Source of the DNA: an uncultured Alphaproteobacteria bacterium
GTDB lineage: Bacteria; Pseudomonadota; Alphaproteobacteria; HIMB59; GCA-002718135
DNA: 64,000 nucleotides
Reading direction: 5' to 3'
Assembly (NCBI GenBank): GCA_902625365.1
Contig: CACOAX010000001.1
Span: forward strand, 23,657 to 87,656
The first letter of the stretch is position 1. The number at the start of each line of letters is the position of its first letter. The notes under the pieces were generated by a model. It did not search any database. It saw only the letters and a program-made list of their open reading frames with translations, and was not told the origin of the DNA. The translations under genes were made by a program, and so were the position numbers. This document shows positions 59,210 to 64,000 of the stretch, one piece after another.

Positions 59210-59799
59210 TGTCAGAAAAGTTAAAGTTTATTGAAACTAGCAAACTTCCAACAGATATTGGAGAGTTCACTGTACATGCCTTTACAGATGAAAATGAATC
59301 TAAAGATCATTTAGCAATATGTATGGGTGACTTGCTTACTGATGAGCCAGTTTTATCAAGAATTCATTCGCAATGTATTACAGGGGAGTCTTTTTTTAGT
59401 ATGAGATGTGATTGTAGATTCCAACTAACTGAATCATTAAAACAAATTGCTCAGATTGGAAGAGGGGTTATTTTTTATCTTCAACAAGAAGGAAGAGGCA
59501 TTGGACTTTCAAATAAAATTAAAGCATATAGTTTACAAGACAAGGGGCTAGATACAGTTGAAGCTAATCATCAATTAGGTTTCAAAGATGATGAAAGAAC
59601 ATATGAAAATATTGCTGGAATGGTAAAATATTTAGCGATCAAAAAATTAGACTTGATGACTAATAACCCAAAAAAAATAAAAGCGCTTGAAGATATGGGT
59701 ATCAAAGTAAACCAAAGAGTTCCTATTTTCTCAGACACAAATAAATATAATGAAAAATATATCTCAACTAAGAAAAGTAAACTTGGTCATTTAATCTAA
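59209..59799 (+). CDS. ribA: GTP cyclohydrolase II
   Basis: RIHSQCITGE, RCDC, QEGRGIGL, TNNPKK. Confidence 0.96.
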   Translation: MSEKLKFIETSKLPTDIGEFTVHAFTDENESKDHLAICMGDLLTDEPVLSRIHSQCITGESFFSMRCDCRFQLTESLKQIAQIGRGVIFYLQQEGRGIGLSNKIKAYSLQDKGLDTVEANHQLGFKDDERTYENIAGMVKYLAIKKLDLMTNNPKKIKALEDMGIKVNQRVPIFSDTNKYNEKYISTKKSKLGHLI

Positions 59800-60204
59800 G
59801 TGGAAGCAGATAATTTAATAAAAAAACTCAAAATGATTAGTCACCCTGAAGGGGGGCATTATGTTGAAAATTTTAAGAACGATAATGTTAGTCAAATTTA
59901 TTACCTATTAAAAAGGAGTGAAAAATCACATTGGCATCGATTAACTAAAAATGAAATATTACATTTTTATTCTGGAGATCCTCTGGAGGTTTTTACATCT
60001 AGTGATGGAGTTAATTATGAAGCTTTTTCACTAGGCTCAGATAATAATTATATTTATACAGTGAAGGCAAACAACTGGTTTGCTATGAGATCCTCCGGTT
60101 CTTACAGTTTAATTGGGTGCACTGTCGCACCTGCTTTTGATTTTAATGATTTTGAACTTGCACCTGCGTCGTGGCGACCCGAAAAATTTAAAATTGAGTT
60201 ATAG
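59800..60204 (+). CDS. Cupin_5 (DUF985) protein
   Basis: HPEGG, IYYLL, SHWHR, GCTVAPAFDF. Confidence 0.9.
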   Translation: MEADNLIKKLKMISHPEGGHYVENFKNDNVSQIYYLLKRSEKSHWHRLTKNEILHFYSGDPLEVFTSSDGVNYEAFSLGSDNNYIYTVKANNWFAMRSSGSYSLIGCTVAPAFDFNDFELAPASWRPEKFKIEL

Positions 60205-60264
60205 TTTTCACTTTTCTTTAATTTAAATTCTTTATATATTAGTATTAAATAACGGAGGTTCTAA

Positions 60265-62400
<2,136 letters not shown>

Positions 62401-62419
62401 AAAATATTTTAACATATTC

Positions 62420-62448
62420 AAAAGTGGAACTTAACGTTCCACTTTTTT
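62420..62448. terminator. Bidirectional intrinsic terminator
   Basis: AAAAGTGGAAC-TTAAC-GTTCCACTTTTTT between convergent genes. Confidence 0.85.
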
Positions 62449-62768
62449 TATTTTGGCATATTAGTTGCGCCAGTTTCAAGTGAAATTATTTTACCATCTT
62501 TATATTTATATACTGCCATTACAGCCTGAGTGTTTCCATCTTTAAAAGTAACAAAAGAATGATGTATCCCAATTTCATCATTTTCATATACAATTCTAGA
62601 CTTATCATCATTAATGTCATCACTCATAGCCCAACCTATAACATCGGACTTTGATAAAACATTACCACTAGAATGCATTGTAAATTTAAAATCATCATGG
62701 ATAATTTCGTTCATTCCTGCTTCATCTTTTTCGTTAAACACTTTCATATATTTTTCTAATATAGACAT
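62448..62768 (-). CDS. NTF2/SnoaL-like protein
   Basis: 106 aa; IIHDDF and YKYKDGKI pattern; GGAG RBS. Confidence 0.7.
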   Translation of the reverse strand: MSILEKYMKVFNEKDEAGMNEIIHDDFKFTMHSSGNVLSKSDVIGWAMSDDINDDKSRIVYENDEIGIHHSFVTFKDGNTQAVMAVYKYKDGKIISLETGATNMPK

Positions 62769-62824
62769 ATTATCTCCTGATTTAGTATATTACTTATATA
62801 GATATTTTTCTAAAATAACTTAGA

Positions 62825-63796
62825 TTATCTTTCTTTAATATATGGCTGACCAATTGCGTTAGGGGCAATTGCTTTACCAACAAAACCGGCAAGCAAAACA
62901 ACAGTTAATACATAAGGTAATGCTTGTATTAGCTGAACAGGTATTTCACCAATGGCAGGTAGTTCGACTCCTTGGAGTCTGATTTGAAGTGCATCGGTAA
63001 ATCCAAAAAGTAAACAAGCTACTAATGCAGTTTTAGGATGCCACTTTCCAAAAATCATAGCTGCTAAAGCTAAGTATCCTCTTCCAGCTGACATCTCTCT
63101 AAAGAAATTGGCATTAACTGCAGTTGATAAATGAGCTCCAGCAAAGGCAATTAAGACACCGTTGATTGCCAAAGCTTTATATCTCATTGCAAAGACATTT
63201 ATGCCTGCCGTATCAACAGCACTGGGATTTTCTCCAACTGCTCTTAATCTCAAACCAAAACTAGTTTTAAACACAACCCAAAAAACTAATGGAACTATAG
63301 CGTAAGCTAGGTATACAAAAATATAATGTCCACTTAATATATCACTATAAATTGTTCCAATTATCGGTACATCCCTTAAACTCTCAGCAAAAGGAAGATT
63401 AACTTCTAAAAAACGCTGATCTTCATTTAGTGTTGGTGTTAAACCTGCTTGCCCAAACCAAGCGGCTGCCAGAGCAGTGGTTAAACCAATTATTAAAATA
63501 TTTATAGCAACACATGAAACAACTTGATCGCCCTTATAGGTAACTGAAGCAAAACCGTGCAACATTGAAAGGCTAACGCATGCTATAATAGCCAACAATA
63601 AACCAAGCCATGGATTTCCTAAAAAATAAGAACCTACTGCAGCAACAAAGGCAGCCATAAGCATTTTTCCTTCTAAACTAAAATCAATAACCCCTGATCT
63701 TTCAGCAAATATTCCTGCCATAGCTGCAAATACTAATGGTGTTGAAATTCTTAAAGTAGAATTTATTAACGATGCAATATCAGATAAAAATTCCAT
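62825..63796 (-). CDS. Nucleoside/CUT2 ABC transporter permease
   Basis: ERSGV...LEG, FGLRLRAVGENP, GRGYLALAA, LPY. Confidence 0.92.
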   Translation of the reverse strand: MEFLSDIASLINSTLRISTPLVFAAMAGIFAERSGVIDFSLEGKMLMAAFVAAVGSYFLGNPWLGLLLAIIACVSLSMLHGFASVTYKGDQVVSCVAINILIIGLTTALAAAWFGQAGLTPTLNEDQRFLEVNLPFAESLRDVPIIGTIYSDILSGHYIFVYLAYAIVPLVFWVVFKTSFGLRLRAVGENPSAVDTAGINVFAMRYKALAINGVLIAFAGAHLSTAVNANFFREMSAGRGYLALAAMIFGKWHPKTALVACLLFGFTDALQIRLQGVELPAIGEIPVQLIQALPYVLTVVLLAGFVGKAIAPNAIGQPYIKER

Positions 63797-64000
63797 TACG
63801 CTTTTGCCTTTAGGTTTAGTCTGTTAACAAAAAAGTTTTCAATTTGTGGTCTAAACAGGTTCTCTAATGCACCACTAAATAAAATGATTACACCTTGAAC
63901 AGCAACAAACATATACCGAGTAATATTTGGCATATCGAAAGTAACTTCTGATCCTCCTTGGTATAAAATTCCAAATAAAAATGCCGCTGGAAAAATTCCT
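63796..64000 (-). CDS. Nucleoside ABC transporter permease, C-terminal fragment
   Basis: GIFPAAFLFGILYQGGSEVTFDMP...VQGVIILFSGALE...*; its TAA overlaps the next ATG. Confidence 0.85.
   Translation of the reverse strand, partial: GIFPAAFLFGILYQGGSEVTFDMPNITRYMFVAVQGVIILFSGALENLFRPQIENFFVNRLNLKAKA

Overview
AT-rich, gene-dense chromosome segment from a streamlined marine alphaproteobacterium (Pelagibacterales/SAR11- or HIMB59-like; this is an inference from composition and gene content). No rRNA, intact tRNA, CRISPR, integrase or transposase was seen. There are four functional blocks among housekeeping genes (nfuA, trpS, murJ, msrPQ, cysS, thrS, hemB, hisI, ribA, katG). (1) A phosphorus-scavenging region of about 21 kb (4150-24837): a receiver-less PhoB DNA-binding domain with an adjacent Pho box, two PiT-type transporters, the PlcP/Agt lipid-remodelling pair, and 2-aminoethylphosphonate catabolism (phnW, phnY, phnA, phnZ, Fe-ADH). 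These phn genes flank a CUT1 ABC importer, a tandem-domain GDPD and a metallophosphodiesterase, plus several unexplained accessory genes. (2) An iron-uptake operon (DUF4856 - sterol-desaturase-like - Fe3+ ABC) preceded by a 414-bp intergenic region holding two Irr/ICE boxes and two structured non-coding elements. (3) Nucleoside salvage genes. (4) A Lys-rich, very AT-rich pABA/folate block with a divergent TrpF-like gene. All calls come from reading motifs by eye; no database searches were run.
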